64,000 nucleotides of DNA from Candidatus Doudnabacteria bacterium. Its GTDB lineage: Bacteria; Patescibacteriota; Doudnabacteria; UBA920. The DNA lies in contig CAVYGQ010000001.1 in assembly GCA_963768175.1 (NCBI GenBank), forward strand, positions 254,305-318,304, read 5' to 3'. This document shows, in pieces, positions 50,386-61,336 of the stretch. The position numbers and the translations under genes are program-made. Positions within the stretch are counted from its first letter, which is position 1; the number at the start of each line of letters is the position of its first letter. A model generated the notes under the pieces. It saw only the letters and a list, made by a program, of their open reading frames with translations, made no database searches and was not told where the DNA came from.

Positions 50386-50565
50386 CGGAAAGGAGGTCTA
50401 GATGAAAGCAAAACCGCCGCCGTGAGGTCCTATCCCTCCGGCGGCACGAATTTTTTACAGGGGTCTTTTTTTCTTCTGTACGCTACACGCTAACCGCTAT
50501 AAGCTTAATCCACCTCTCGACTACGCTCGGGGTGAATTAAAATTTTGTACAACAACGACAAAATT

Positions 50566-53500
50566 TTAATTCACATCCACCATATCTATCTGCGGAATCA
50601 GCCGCAATTTCGTCATCAGTTCGTTACTCATCGCCACTTGCGACTGGGTTTTTATTTTTTTTGCCCCCAAACCCGAGCCGACCGACAAATAAACCTGGAC
50701 GTTGCCCGGATGGGTTTGCAAAATATTTTTTATCTTGTTTAAAACATCTTTTTCGGCCAACGCCGACATATGCAAAACCACCTGCCGCTTTTTTTCCATT
50801 TGGCTCAGCGCCGTTGTGTATAAGTCGTCGTTCGGAAGCTCCGTAATTGTGTCCGCGATTAATTTAAACTCCTCGTCCTTGTCGGAAAGCCGGCCGGTAA
50901 CCTGCACAATTTTATCGTTTTCCAAAAACGGCAAACTTTTTTCCATGACTGTGGGGAAAACCAATACCTCTATGCTGCCGGTGAAATCTTCCAGGATAAA
51001 AAAGGCCATTGGGTCGTTCTTGCGCGTTAAAGTCCTCTTCATGCGGGAAACAATGCCCCCCATGACCACGTTTGCCCCAAGCTCGTCCAAAGTCAGGCTT
51101 TTAACCGTCCTTAAAGTAGCCAGCACTTTGCCGTAAGCATCCAGTGGATGCGCCGAAACATACATGCCCAAGTGCTCTTTTTCCCAAAGCAATTTTTCCT
51201 CTTTGGTGGCCGCCACAGATTCCCTTAATTTTAGTTTGCCGGCCTGCAAAGATTTGCCGAACAGGGAGTTTTGGCCGCTGGCTTCATTTTTAAAATGCTG
51301 CCGCACGAAGTCCAAAACTTCTTCGGTGTTATTAAGCAGCTGGCCGCGTTCGCCAAAAGCATCCAGCGCTCCGGCCTTAACCAAAGCTTCCCAGGACTTT
51401 TTGTTAAGATTTTTGGTATGAGATTTTATAAGGAAGTCTTCAAGGGATTGGAAATCGGCTTGGCCGGAAGTCGGACTTGATGAATTTTCCGATTTTCCGA
51501 TTTTCCGATTTTCCGATCTAACCTGTATAATCTTCTCTATCACATCGCTCCCCAAATTTTTAATCGCGTTTAGGCCAAAGCGGATAGTTTTGTCATCAAC
51601 TACGGTAAAATCGCCGAGCGATTCGTTTACATCCGGCGGCAAAACGGCAATACCCAAAGCCTGGCAGTCTTCCACGGCTTCGTAAATTTTTTCTTCGTCA
51701 CCGGACTCCGCGGTCATAAGCGCGGCCATAAATTCCACCGGAAAATTGGCCTTCATATAGGCGGTTTGGTAGCTGACAATGGCATACGAAGCCGAGTGCG
51801 CCTTGTTAAAACCATAAGCCGCAAACGGCTCTATCCACGTCCAAATTTGCGTAGCCTTTTCAAAGCTCCATTTGGAAGTTTCCTGGCAGCCCTGGATAAA
51901 CTTAATTTTTTGCTTGGCCATTTCCTCGGGAATTTTTTTGCCCACGGCTTTGCGGAACTTGTCCACCTCTTCCCAGGTATAGCCGGCCAAATCGTGCGCA
52001 ATAGTCAAAAGATCATCCTGGTAAACCAGCACCCCGTAAGTCCGGGAAAGGATTTTTTCCAGCGCCGGATCAAAGTATTTTATTAATTTTGGGTTGTTTT
52101 TGCGGGCAATGTACTCGGGAATAAACTGCATCGGACCAGGGCGGTAAAGCGCTATCATGGCCATAATGTCAAAAATTGACGACGGCTTGAGTTCGCGCAA
52201 ATACCGCGTCATGCCCGAAGAGCCCAGCTGGAACACGCCAAAAGTTAAACCCTCCGATAACAATTTAAAAGTTTTCGGGTCGGGATGGGGGAGATTGTAA
52301 ATATCTATCTTCACGCCGTGGCGCTGCTCCGTCATTTTTACCGCTGATTCCAGAATGCTAAGGTTGCGGATACCCAACAAATCCAGCTTGACCACGCCCA
52401 AAGCTTTGCCGTTGGCGTTAACGTCCAAAGCGTACATATCGTACTGGGTAATAATTCTTTCGCCGTCCGGCTCTTTTTGCAGCGGCATATAGTCGGTAAG
52501 GACGGTTGGGGTAATCACGATTCCGGCGGCGTGCATGGAGGCGTGGCGCGCGCAACCTTCCAGTTTTTTGGCGATTTCCAAAACGTGCCGGGTCTCCGGA
52601 TCATGGTCATAAATTTCCTTGAGCTCCGGACTTTTTCCCAAAGCCTTGTCCAAAGTCATTTGGAAACCCTGCTTGCCCAATCGGGATCATTTTGGCAATT
52701 TGGTCGCACTTGGAATAAGGCACGGCCAGCGCGCGGCCGGCATCGCGCACCGCGGCGCGCGCGGTCATGGTGCCAAAAGTAATAATTTGCGCGACTTTAT
52801 CTTTGCCGTAGTGTTCGGTAATATATTCTATGACCTCGTCACGGCGGTTGTCGGCAATATCCAAATCAATATCGGGCGGGGTGGGGCGATGCATGGTTAA
52901 AAAACGCTCAAACGGCAATTCATAATAAAGCGGGTCAACGTTGGTAATGCCCAAAATGCGCCCGACAATACTGCCGGCGGCGCTGCCCCTGGTGTTGGTA
53001 ATGGCGCCGATGTCATGCGCTCCCGCTACCACATCGGCCACCATTAAAAAATAAGTGTCAAAACCTTTTTTACAGATAATGTTCAGCTCGTAATCTATGC
53101 GCTGCTTGATGTCTTCGGGCAGGCGGCCGCTTTGGCCGTAAAGCGGCAACGCTTTTTCATAAGTAATCTTTTTAAGATATTCTTCGGATGTTTCGCCTTC
53201 CGGAATTTTAACTTTGGGAAAATATCGTCTGGTTAATTAATATTTCCAAATCGCACAGGTCGGCGACTTTTTGGGTGTTTTCCAAAGCTTCGGGCAAATC
53301 GGAAAACAGTTCCCACATCTTTTCCGGCGATTTTAAGGAAAGCTCGTAGCCGCGCATATCCAAACGGTCCTGGTCGTTTACCGTGCGTCCCGTGCCAATA
53401 CAAACCAGCACGTCCTGGGCCTCGGCGTCCTCGGGATAGATATAATGGCAGTCGGCGGTGGCGACAATGCCAAGATTATTCTTTTTGGCCAGAGCGATTA

Positions 53501-54074
53501 GTTTTTGGTTCAATTCTTCTTCCTTTGGATCTTTTGACTTGCTGTTTCTCTGAATTTCAATAAACAGCTTCTCGGGTCCAAAAATGTCCAAATATTTTCC
53601 CAAAACTTTTTGCGCCTCGGTTTCGGACTTGTTTGTTACCGCGCGCGCGATTTCCCCGCGCTGGCAACCGGACAGGCAAAGCAACCCTCCAGAGTGCTGT
53701 TTTAACAAAGCAAGGTCTATTCTCGGCTTATAATAAAACCCGCGTAAGTGGGCCTCGGTGGTGAGCTTGATTAAATTTTTATATCCGGAGTTGTTTTGGG
53801 CGAGCAAAATCAAATGATGGTAGTCCGCGTCCACCCTGCCTTCCTTTTCCTCCATGCCGCGCGGCGCTATGTAGGCTTCCAGCCCGACAATGGGTTTTAT
53901 TCCGGCTTCCCTACACTTGTTGTAAAATTCAATTGTCCCGTACATCACGCCGTGATCGGTAACGGCCAGCGCTTCCATACCGAGCTCTTTGGCGCGTTCA
54001 ATCAGCGGGTCAATTTTTGACAACCCGTCAAGCAGGGAATAATGGGAGTGGCAATGGAGATGGGTAAAGGTCAT
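50566..54074 (-). CDS. dnaE: DNA polymerase III subunit alpha, read in three frames because of two +1 indels (about 53228 and 52677)
   Basis: PHP domain HLHCHSHYSLLDG, RGSAAGS, PDIDLD, KLDLLG, YGFNKAH and an OB fold. The three pieces are colinear. Confidence 0.93.
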
Positions 54075-54240
54075 TGAGCAAAATTGACAAAAATGACATA
54101 AATGAGCAAAAATTAAGTGCAGACTATTCTTGTCAATTTTGTCATTTTTTTAATTTTTGTCATTTCCTCTCTAGTGTACCAAAAAACGGCCAACTTTGCT
54201 ATAATGACTTTAGCGAGAAAAATAAAAAATCAATCACCAA

Positions 54241-55116
54241 ATGTCCCTTTTAAAAGACAAAATCGAGCTGGATGTTCAGGAAGCCGAACTTTACACGCAA
54301 AAAAAATTAAGCCAGTTTCCGCCCGTGCTAATTTGGCTCATTGTTTTGGCACTTTTGGCGGTTATCCCGGCTTACTACATTTCCAGAAGCTTATCGCAAA
54401 AAATTTGGCTGGCCCGCTATGAGCAAGGCGCTATTGTGGCCAAACCAAGCTTTACCAATCCGCAAGCGCCACAAATTTCGCCTGTAACTTTAACCAATTC
54501 CGGCTCTGGGGGTATTGCCGCAGTAGTACAAATCAGCAATCAAAATTTGGATTTATCCATTGACAATGTCCCGTACAGTTTTACTTTTTATAACGCGCAA
54601 AAACAACAAATTTACCAGTACCAAAATACGCTCTTTTTGCTGCCAAACCAGGCCAAATATGTTACGGCGCCGAAGTTTACCCCAAGTCAGCCCATAGCTT
54701 ACAGCAATTTTGGGCTGCCCCAAACCCTTCCCTGGCAAAAGCGGCTGGCCATTCCTACCGTAAACTTCTCAACATCGCAACCCCAAACTTTTGAGCAAAC
54801 CTCTCCCATAGCCTTTGTGGCGCAAGGGGATTTTGTCAATAATAGCCCATACACTTTAGGCACAGTGCATTTAACTTTTGTTCTGTTTGACCAAAGCAAT
54901 AACATTATCGGCATAAGCCAGCGGGATGAATTTACCGTCGCCCCGTTTGAACGCCGCGCCTACAAACAGCTTTGGCCTAATATGGTTGCGCCCAATTTAA
55001 ACCGCATAGACGTAACCGCCGATACCAATACTTTAGACCCAAACAACCTTTCCGCGCCTGGAATAAATTCCAATTCTTCCTCCGATTTAAGCCGGCCTGC
55101 GACAAGGCAACAATAA
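54241..55116 (+). CDS. membrane-anchored protein with beta-sandwich domains
   Basis: A single TM helix followed by a beta-rich ectodomain. Confidence 0.75.
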   Translation: MSLLKDKIELDVQEAELYTQKKLSQFPPVLIWLIVLALLAVIPAYYISRSLSQKIWLARYEQGAIVAKPSFTNPQAPQISPVTLTNSGSGGIAAVVQISNQNLDLSIDNVPYSFTFYNAQKQQIYQYQNTLFLLPNQAKYVTAPKFTPSQPIAYSNFGLPQTLPWQKRLAIPTVNFSTSQPQTFEQTSPIAFVAQGDFVNNSPYTLGTVHLTFVLFDQSNNIIGISQRDEFTVAPFERRAYKQLWPNMVAPNLNRIDVTADTNTLDPNNLSAPGINSNSSSDLSRPATRQQ

Positions 55117-55182
55117 GCATCCTTAATCCATTATCCTCGGCACCGGTAAAAGATAAATGATTAAGGATAGAGGATAACCATT

Positions 55183-56283
55183 TTGTTTTCTTTTTTAAAC
55201 CGGTTTAAATATTTTGACGTGCCGCTTTTGGTTTGCACCCTGCTACTAGTAGCGGCGGGGCTGGCCACGCTGTACGCCACCACGCTCTCGGACGCGAGCT
55301 CCGCGGTGTTTTTCCGCCAGTTGTTATTTTTGGGTTTAGGCTTGGCGGCTTTTTTGTTTTTAAGTTTCTTTGATTACCACGCCTTGGCCAAAACCAACCG
55401 GATAATTTATGTCGTGCTGGTTTCTTTGCTTTTATATTTAACCGTGTTCGGCTCCTTAGTCCGCGGCGGCAGGCGCTGGGTAGATTTCGGGATTACCCGC
55501 TTCCAACCGGCCGAATTTGTAAAATTTACGGTAATTTTAGGTCTATCGCGTTTGCTTTATTTAAAACGCGGCCAAATCAATTCCTATAAAACCATCCTCT
55601 GGACTTTGGCTTACGCCTTGGTGCCGGCGGCACTAGTTGCGCTTGAGCCGGATTTGGGTTCGGCAATTATTATTTCCGGCATTTGGATTGGCATCATCTT
55701 AATTAGTCCGATTAAGAAAAAATATTTGGCGGTAATATTTGCCGCGTTTTTGGTTTTCACCGGTGTGACCTGGAAATTTGTTTTAAAAGATTTCCAAAAA
55801 GCCCGCATAGAGGTATTTTTAAACCCAGGGCTCGATCCGCGCGGCCGCGGTTATAATGTGCGTCAGGCGACCATTGCCGTGGGCAGCGGGGAATTTACCG
55901 GAACGGGGCTCGGGAAAGGCGTGGAAAGCCAGAGGAAATTTTTACCCGAACGCCAAACCGATTTTATTTTTGCCGCCAGCAGCGAAGAAATCGGCTTTTT
56001 AGGTTCCGCCAGCTTGCTTGGTTTATATTTTTTCCTCCTTTTTAGGCTGCTTAGAATTATGAAAAACGCCAAAGACGATTTAGGCATGTACTTGGCGGGC
56101 GGCATATTTTTCTTTTTCTTTCTGCACGTATTTATAAACATCGGCATGAACATCGGACTTTTGCCGGTAACCGGCATCCCCCTGCCCTTTGTTTCCGCCG
56201 GCGGCAGCTCGCTGGTTGTTTGCCTCATGCTTTTGGGCGTTTTGCAGAACGTGTCCATCCAGTCCAAAGCTTTGCGGTTTTAG
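55183..56283 (+). CDS. rodA: SEDS family peptidoglycan glycosyltransferase RodA
   Basis: RRW..G..FQPAEFVK, EPDLG, LPERQTDFIF and TGIPLPFVSAGGSS motifs. Confidence 0.92.
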   Translation: MFSFLNRFKYFDVPLLVCTLLLVAAGLATLYATTLSDASSAVFFRQLLFLGLGLAAFLFLSFFDYHALAKTNRIIYVVLVSLLLYLTVFGSLVRGGRRWVDFGITRFQPAEFVKFTVILGLSRLLYLKRGQINSYKTILWTLAYALVPAALVALEPDLGSAIIISGIWIGIILISPIKKKYLAVIFAAFLVFTGVTWKFVLKDFQKARIEVFLNPGLDPRGRGYNVRQATIAVGSGEFTGTGLGKGVESQRKFLPERQTDFIFAASSEEIGFLGSASLLGLYFFLLFRLLRIMKNAKDDLGMYLAGGIFFFFFLHVFINIGMNIGLLPVTGIPLPFVSAGGSSLVVCLMLLGVLQNVSIQSKALRF

Positions 56284-56306
56284 GGTTTATCTGATAAAAT
56301 TAAGGC

Positions 56307-56717
56307 ATGAAAAACGATATGTCCCGCGGAGCGGGATCCGCCTTTGGCGGAAAAAACTTTGACTTTAAAAGGATCATCGAATGGCTCGGGGTAATTTTAA
56401 AGTGCCCAATTTGCGGCGCCAAGTACAACATCGATAAAACCCGGGTGGTGGAAAGCGAGCAGGACGAAGTTTACGGCGAGGCCAGAGTATTAATCCATTC
56501 CGACTGCGGCAAATGCAAAAGTTCGGTAATGTTCAATGTTGAAATCCGCGGACCGGAAGTTTTTAGCGTGGGCATGGTTACGGACCTCACCGGCCAGGAC
56601 AGCTCCAAGTTTAACAAGCTCGGCCCCATTAAAACCAACGAAATTATCAACATCCACCAAAACCTAAAAGGCTTTAAAGGGGATTTTGTCTCCTTGTTTA
56701 CCAGCAAGCCAAAATAG
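56307..56717 (+). CDS. hypothetical zinc-ribbon protein
   Basis: CPIC...CGKC. A 30-nt element lies in frame at 56322-56351. Confidence 0.75.
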   Translation: MKNDMSRGAGSAFGGKNFDFKRIIEWLGVILKCPICGAKYNIDKTRVVESEQDEVYGEARVLIHSDCGKCKSSVMFNVEIRGPEVFSVGMVTDLTGQDSSKFNKLGPIKTNEIINIHQNLKGFKGDFVSLFTSKPK

Positions 56718-56956
56718 CAAAGTGGCATTTCTTACAAAGCCCTTGCCAAAGCAGGGGTTTTTTGATAGAATTATCAAGTCCCGCACCAATTTTAATAAGC
56801 CAACACTAATTAAAGTCATTAGTTCTAAAACGCAATCAATATCTTTCTATTGGAATGGTTTGTTGAAATTTGTACGGGATAAAATCTAAATTTTAAGGTT
56901 TTGTGAGTACCCTGAGCGTAGTCGAAGGGGATGGGCAAAGCCGGGCAAGGATCAAA

Positions 56957-57757
56957 ATGGAGAAACTCCAACTTAAAGCAGCCGTTCGCGACGTAAAAAA
57001 AGACAAGCCGGGAAAAATGCGCAAAAACGGACAGCTGCCCGCAATTTTGTATGGACACAAAATCCCTAATTTAACGCTATCGATAAATGCCAGAGAATTT
57101 GACAAGGTTCTCAAAAAAGCCGGCGAAAGCACTATCGTGGAATTAATAACCGATGACGGCAAAGTCCACCCGGTGCTGATTCACGAATTCCAAAAGCATT
57201 ATTTAACCAGCGTTCCTACCCACGTTGATTTTTACCAAATCAGCATGACCGAAAAACTCAAAGCCAAAGTTGCTTTGGACTTTGTCGGTGAAAGCAAAGC
57301 CGTAAAAGAACTGGGCGGGGTGCTGGTAAAAGTACTAAACGAAGTGGAAGTGGAATGTTTGCCGGTGGATTTGCCGCACAGCATTGCGGTAAGCTTAAAC
57401 TCCTTGGTAACCCTGCAGGATTCCGTCCACGTTAAAGACTTGTCCGCTCCGGCCAAAGTTAAAATTGTAACTCCGGGCGACGAAATGATTGTTAAAGTCC
57501 AGCCGCCCAGGGATGTGGAAGCCGAATTGGCGACTCCGGTAGTGGAAGATGTAAGCAAAGTTGAAGGCGCCGCGGAAGAAAAACCGGCTGCTGAAGGTGA
57601 AGTTAAAACGGCCGATAAGGGCGAAAAGGCAGAAAAGACCGATAAGCCGGAAAAAGCCGAGAAGGAACAAAAACCCGCCAAAGGCGGAACTCAGCCAAAG
57701 GCTGACCAGCCTCTGGCTGGCGCAAAAACCCCCGGCGGAAAAGAAGAAAAAAAGTAA
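56957..57757 (+). CDS. rplY: 50S ribosomal protein L25 (long Ctc form)
   Basis: LPAILYG, HVDFY, GGVL and VEVECLP..LP motifs, with a charged tail. Confidence 0.95.
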   Translation: MEKLQLKAAVRDVKKDKPGKMRKNGQLPAILYGHKIPNLTLSINAREFDKVLKKAGESTIVELITDDGKVHPVLIHEFQKHYLTSVPTHVDFYQISMTEKLKAKVALDFVGESKAVKELGGVLVKVLNEVEVECLPVDLPHSIAVSLNSLVTLQDSVHVKDLSAPAKVKIVTPGDEMIVKVQPPRDVEAELATPVVEDVSKVEGAAEEKPAAEGEVKTADKGEKAEKTDKPEKAEKEQKPAKGGTQPKADQPLAGAKTPGGKEEKK

Positions 57758-57839
57758 AGGCTTTTTAACCCCGCCCCGAACGAAGTCGAGGGGCGGAGTT
57801 TTTGTATGTCGACAATATAATTTGATATACTTCCTAAGT

Positions 57840-58727
57840 ATGGGACTGGAAAAAAATAAATTTTCTATCTCCGTTTTAATCTTACTTATTTTGGCCTGCT
57901 TGGCTGCGGCTTATTTTTACCGTCAAAGGCTTGCGGGCCAATCAAATTCGGACGTTTTAAACTACAGCAGCATAGTCAAGCCGGAAGATTTTGCGCCTTT
58001 GCCGGTCTCGCCGCAGTCCCTAAAAAACGGCCGCACGCTGGCAATACCAATTTTAATGTACCATCACGTAGGGGATTGGCCTAAAGCTGCCGACGAAACC
58101 CTTGCGGACTTGACTGTCCCCACAGCCAATTTTGAAGCCGAGGTTAAATGGCTGAACAATAACGGCTACACCGGCATCAGTTTGGAAGACATCTATCTTT
58201 ACAGCCAAGGCAAATTCACCATGCCTCAAAAGCCGGTGGTCTTTACCTTTGACGACGGCTACCTAGACGCTTATGCAAATGCGGTGCCGATTTTAAAAAA
58301 ATACGGCTACACCGGCAGCTTTGGCATAATTACCCAAAACCCCGGAACCACAAACGGGAATAATGTCTACGCTTCCTGGAACGATATTGTCCAAGCTTAC
58401 CTGGGCGGCAATGAAATTGTCTCGCACACCCAAAATCACTTTGACGGCTCCAGCCCCAAATTCACCGCCGGCTATATTTTCCAAAACCTTTCCGGCTCAA
58501 TTTCCGACATAAAGCAGCACCTAAGTACAATCACAAATATCTTAATTTATCCCTATGGCCATTACACCGCAACCTACCTTGAGCAGGCAAAAAAAGCCGG
58601 CTTTGTAATGGGCATAACCGTCCATGAAGGCAAGTTTGTGGATTTGGATAATTTAATGGAAGTTCCGCGTATCCGAGTCCACGGCGCCGAGACTCTGGAA
58701 AAATTTGAAAAGTCAATATTAAAATAG
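57840..58727 (+). CDS. polysaccharide deacetylase (NodB homology)
   Basis: IPILMYHHV, FTFDDGY, EIVSHTQNH and YPYG motifs. N-terminal TM helix. Confidence 0.92.
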   Translation: MGLEKNKFSISVLILLILACLAAAYFYRQRLAGQSNSDVLNYSSIVKPEDFAPLPVSPQSLKNGRTLAIPILMYHHVGDWPKAADETLADLTVPTANFEAEVKWLNNNGYTGISLEDIYLYSQGKFTMPQKPVVFTFDDGYLDAYANAVPILKKYGYTGSFGIITQNPGTTNGNNVYASWNDIVQAYLGGNEIVSHTQNHFDGSSPKFTAGYIFQNLSGSISDIKQHLSTITNILIYPYGHYTATYLEQAKKAGFVMGITVHEGKFVDLDNLMEVPRIRVHGAETLEKFEKSILK

Positions 58728-58806
58728 TCCGGAATAGTCCAATTTCATGTTTCATGACTGTTAGCATAAAATGCGGCCGCATTTTATGCTAACACGATAA
58801 GATAAA

Positions 58807-59817
58807 TTAAACCTTCATTTCAATTTCAACGTATCGCCACAAGTTGTTGTAGTCTTTATAAAATTTTGCTTTTGATCCCGGCAAGGATTTTTTTATTAAT
58901 TTCAACAATAGCAATTTTTGCCTAGGATCAAATTCCAAATAAATCCAGCACTTTTTTGCCGGACTTTCATCAACTGGCGAAGATTTTATTAAACCATCTT
59001 TTTTAATGGAAGATTTTTGGGATTTTTCAAAAAGTGCTGGATATACCAACTTTGGTTTTTGCTTTCTTTGTGCTATTTGCTCCAATAAAAGACGGATAAT
59101 CATCAGCCCCTTTTCTTTGGTAAACAACGCTCGCTTTGGCTCAAATTTTAAACCAGCCGATTCCGCCGCGCGGTTGTTTTTCCAGGCGTGCGACAAATAT
59201 GGCAGATTAGCGATGATTATATCAAAATTGTCATTGATATTTTTTAACAAATCGCTTTGGATAAATTTTACTTTGACGTGATGTTTTTTAGCGTTTTGTT
59301 TGGCGATTTTAAGCGCGACTGCGGAAATGTCAGAAGCATACCAGTGGGGAATTTGTATATTTGTACAATTTTTCCACTGGTTAAATTTTGAAGCCAGGCT
59401 AATAATAATGCACCCGCTGCCGGTGCCAATATCCAAAATCCTGATTTTGCCTGCGTCATCCTGAGGAGTCAGACGACGAAGGATCTTTTTATTCCTTTTT
59501 TGAGATTCTTCGGCTTCGGTTGCGCTCAGCCTCAGAATGACGCCGTCGACGAGGGACTCCGTCTCCGGGCGGGGGATTAGCACATGGCTATTAACTTTAA
59601 ACCTCATGCCGTAAAAATCCTTATATCCCAAAATATAAGCCACCGGCTCTCCCACCAATCTGCGCCTTATCAGTCTTGATAAAATGTTAAAATGATAAGA
59701 TGATAAAATGTATTCCGGATGCAAAAAAACAAACTCCTTGGGTTTCCGCAGAACATGCGCCAGCAGGAGTTCGATTTCTATTTTATGATATTTTTTTAAT
59801 ATTTCTTTTATTGTCAT
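58807..59817 (-). CDS. prmC: release factor glutamine methyltransferase with several in-frame insertions
   Basis: GEPVAYILG, VLIPRPETE, LDIGTGSG and ANLPY motifs. Confidence 0.94.
   Translation of the reverse strand: MTIKEILKKYHKIEIELLLAHVLRKPKEFVFLHPEYILSSYHFNILSRLIRRRLVGEPVAYILGYKDFYGMRFKVNSHVLIPRPETESLVDGVILRLSATEAEESQKRNKKILRRLTPQDDAGKIRILDIGTGSGCIIISLASKFNQWKNCTNIQIPHWYASDISAVALKIAKQNAKKHHVKVKFIQSDLLKNINDNFDIIIANLPYLSHAWKNNRAAESAGLKFEPKRALFTKEKGLMIIRLLLEQIAQRKQKPKLVYPALFEKSQKSSIKKDGLIKSSPVDESPAKKCWIYLEFDPRQKLLLLKLIKKSLPGSKAKFYKDYNNLWRYVEIEMKV
58943..59042. mobile_element. ATCCAGCAC TIR element in frame in prmC
   Basis: atccagcactttt ... aaaagtgctggat. Encodes YPALF...KKCWI. Confidence 0.8.
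59453..59543. repeat. GTCATCCTGAG-family element in frame in prmC
   Basis: gcgtcatcctgagg ... cctcagaatgacgc. Confidence 0.85.
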
Positions 59818-60218
59818 TCGCCTTTTTTCTCATTTCCAATGGTTTTTTTAATTAACTTATTGATATATTCCTTATCTTTTGGTAATAATTTTCCGTCTTC
59901 ATCAACCTTTAAGTTAGCTTTTAAATCTACATCAAACCCTACCAAATCACTAATCCATTTTTTTACAGCACGCATTGCTAAAGATTGTAATGAAGATGGA
60001 TCAAATTGTTTATAACTATAACCATCCCTCTGGATAGTATCTTTTAAGAACCCAAATACATACCCTCGAAGTCTTAGCAATATTGCATCTGGAAAATCAG
60101 CTACACCAATATTATATTGTTCTTTCAAATAAGAAATTGCGTATTGCAAAATAATGGGATAATCTCTTTCGAGATATTGGTGTATCTGTTCATTTTCTAG
60201 GCTTTCCATATATTTCAT
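59814..60218 (-). CDS. hypothetical AT-rich protein between prfA and prmC
   Basis: 134-aa ORF with ATGA overlaps at both ends. Confidence 0.65.
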   Translation of the reverse strand: MKYMESLENEQIHQYLERDYPIILQYAISYLKEQYNIGVADFPDAILLRLRGYVFGFLKDTIQRDGYSYKQFDPSSLQSLAMRAVKKWISDLVGFDVDLKANLKVDEDGKLLPKDKEYINKLIKKTIGNEKKGE

Positions 60219-61336
60219 TTTTTTAACGCCTCCTTTTTCAGTTCCAAATCCGCCTTTTGCAGGGCTTCGGCTATGGGGGTGAATTTACCTTCCATTATTA
60301 AATTTATCTGGTTAAAGTTCTGGTTTATTCGATGGTCAGTTACGCGATCTTGCGGGAAATTATAAGTGCGGATTTTTTCCGAGCGGTCGCCAGTGCCGAT
60401 TTGGGATTTGGTGAGGTCGCGGACTTTTTTATTTTCTATTTCCCCGTAATACGCGGCAACGCGGGCGCGGATGACTTCCAGAGCTTTTTCCCGGTTTTGC
60501 GCTTGCGATCTTTCGTCCTGGCACTGCGCGGTTATGCCGGTTGGGATGTGGGTAATGCGGATAGCCGAATAAGTCGTGTTAACCGACTGCCCGCCGTGCC
60601 CGCTGGAAGTGGTGGCTTCTATTTTTAAATCTTTTTCCGCAATGGCGTAATCTTTTTCTTCCAAAATCGGCAAAACCGCGACAGTTATAGTGGAAGTATG
60701 GACGCGGCCGCTTTTTTCCGTTTCCGGCACGCGCTGGACGCGGTGTACGCCGGATTCGTATTTGAAAACACTATACGGCCCACAAGGGGCATCCTTTTGC
60801 AGCAAAAGGATGCCCCTTGTGGCATGAATTTCAAAAATAATTTCCTTAAACCCGCCGGCGTCCGAACGCGAAGAAGAAACAATATGCGGCTTTAATCCCA
60901 GCTCTTCGGCAAATTTGCCGTAAGCGCGAAACATCTCGGCCGCGAACAATGTCGCTTCATCGCCGCCAGCCCCGGCGCGGATTTCCACAATGGCGTTTTT
61001 GGAGTCGTTGGGATTTTTGGGCAAGAGCATCTCTTCTATTTCGGATTTTAGATTTAAGATTTCGGATTCAAGCCGCCTGGATTCATCGAGAGCCATGGAC
61101 TTGATTTCCGGATTATTATCAGCCAATAATTTCTGGTTATCTTCAAGTTCTTTAATCTTTAATCCTAAATCTTTAATCTTTTCCACAACCGGCTCCAACT
61201 CCGCCTGTCGTTTGCCCAACTTGGCCATGCCTAAAGAGCCGCCCGACCTGTCCCCCGAAGCTTTAGCGAAGGGGGGAGACATGTCCGCGGTCAGCCGGTT
61301 ATATTCGTCTAAGATTTTTTGAAAAGCGATTTCCAT
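60215..61336 (-). CDS. prfA: peptide chain release factor 1
   Basis: [25 protein letters not shown] and GHGGQSVN. The start is placed at MEIAF. Confidence 0.96.
   Translation of the reverse strand: MEIAFQKILDEYNRLTADMSPPFAKASGDRSGGSLGMAKLGKRQAELEPVVEKIKDLGLKIKELEDNQKLLADNNPEIKSMALDESRRLESEILNLKSEIEEMLLPKNPNDSKNAIVEIRAGAGGDEATLFAAEMFRAYGKFAEELGLKPHIVSSSRSDAGGFKEIIFEIHATRGILLLQKDAPCGPYSVFKYESGVHRVQRVPETEKSGRVHTSTITVAVLPILEEKDYAIAEKDLKIEATTSSGHGGQSVNTTYSAIRITHIPTGITAQCQDERSQAQNREKALEVIRARVAAYYGEIENKKVRDLTKSQIGTGDRSEKIRTYNFPQDRVTDHRINQNFNQINLIMEGKFTPIAEALQKADLELKKEALKK
60782..60820. repeat. 39-nt palindrome in frame in prfA
   Basis: acaaggggcatccttttgcagcaaaaggatgccccttgt encodes [13 protein letters not shown]. 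Confidence 0.92.

Noticed and set aside
50566-54074. Naturally split dnaE, split intein or programmed frameshifting
   Set aside because: Removing one base at each of two sites (about 53228 and 52677) restores a colinear protein. There are no intein motifs or slippery heptamers. Similar +1 indels at about 30781, 63262 and in the CAT tRNA suggest sequencing error.
57561-57839. N-terminal extension of the deacetylase
   Set aside because: It overlaps the rplY tail out of frame. The ATG at 57840 directly precedes the signal anchor.
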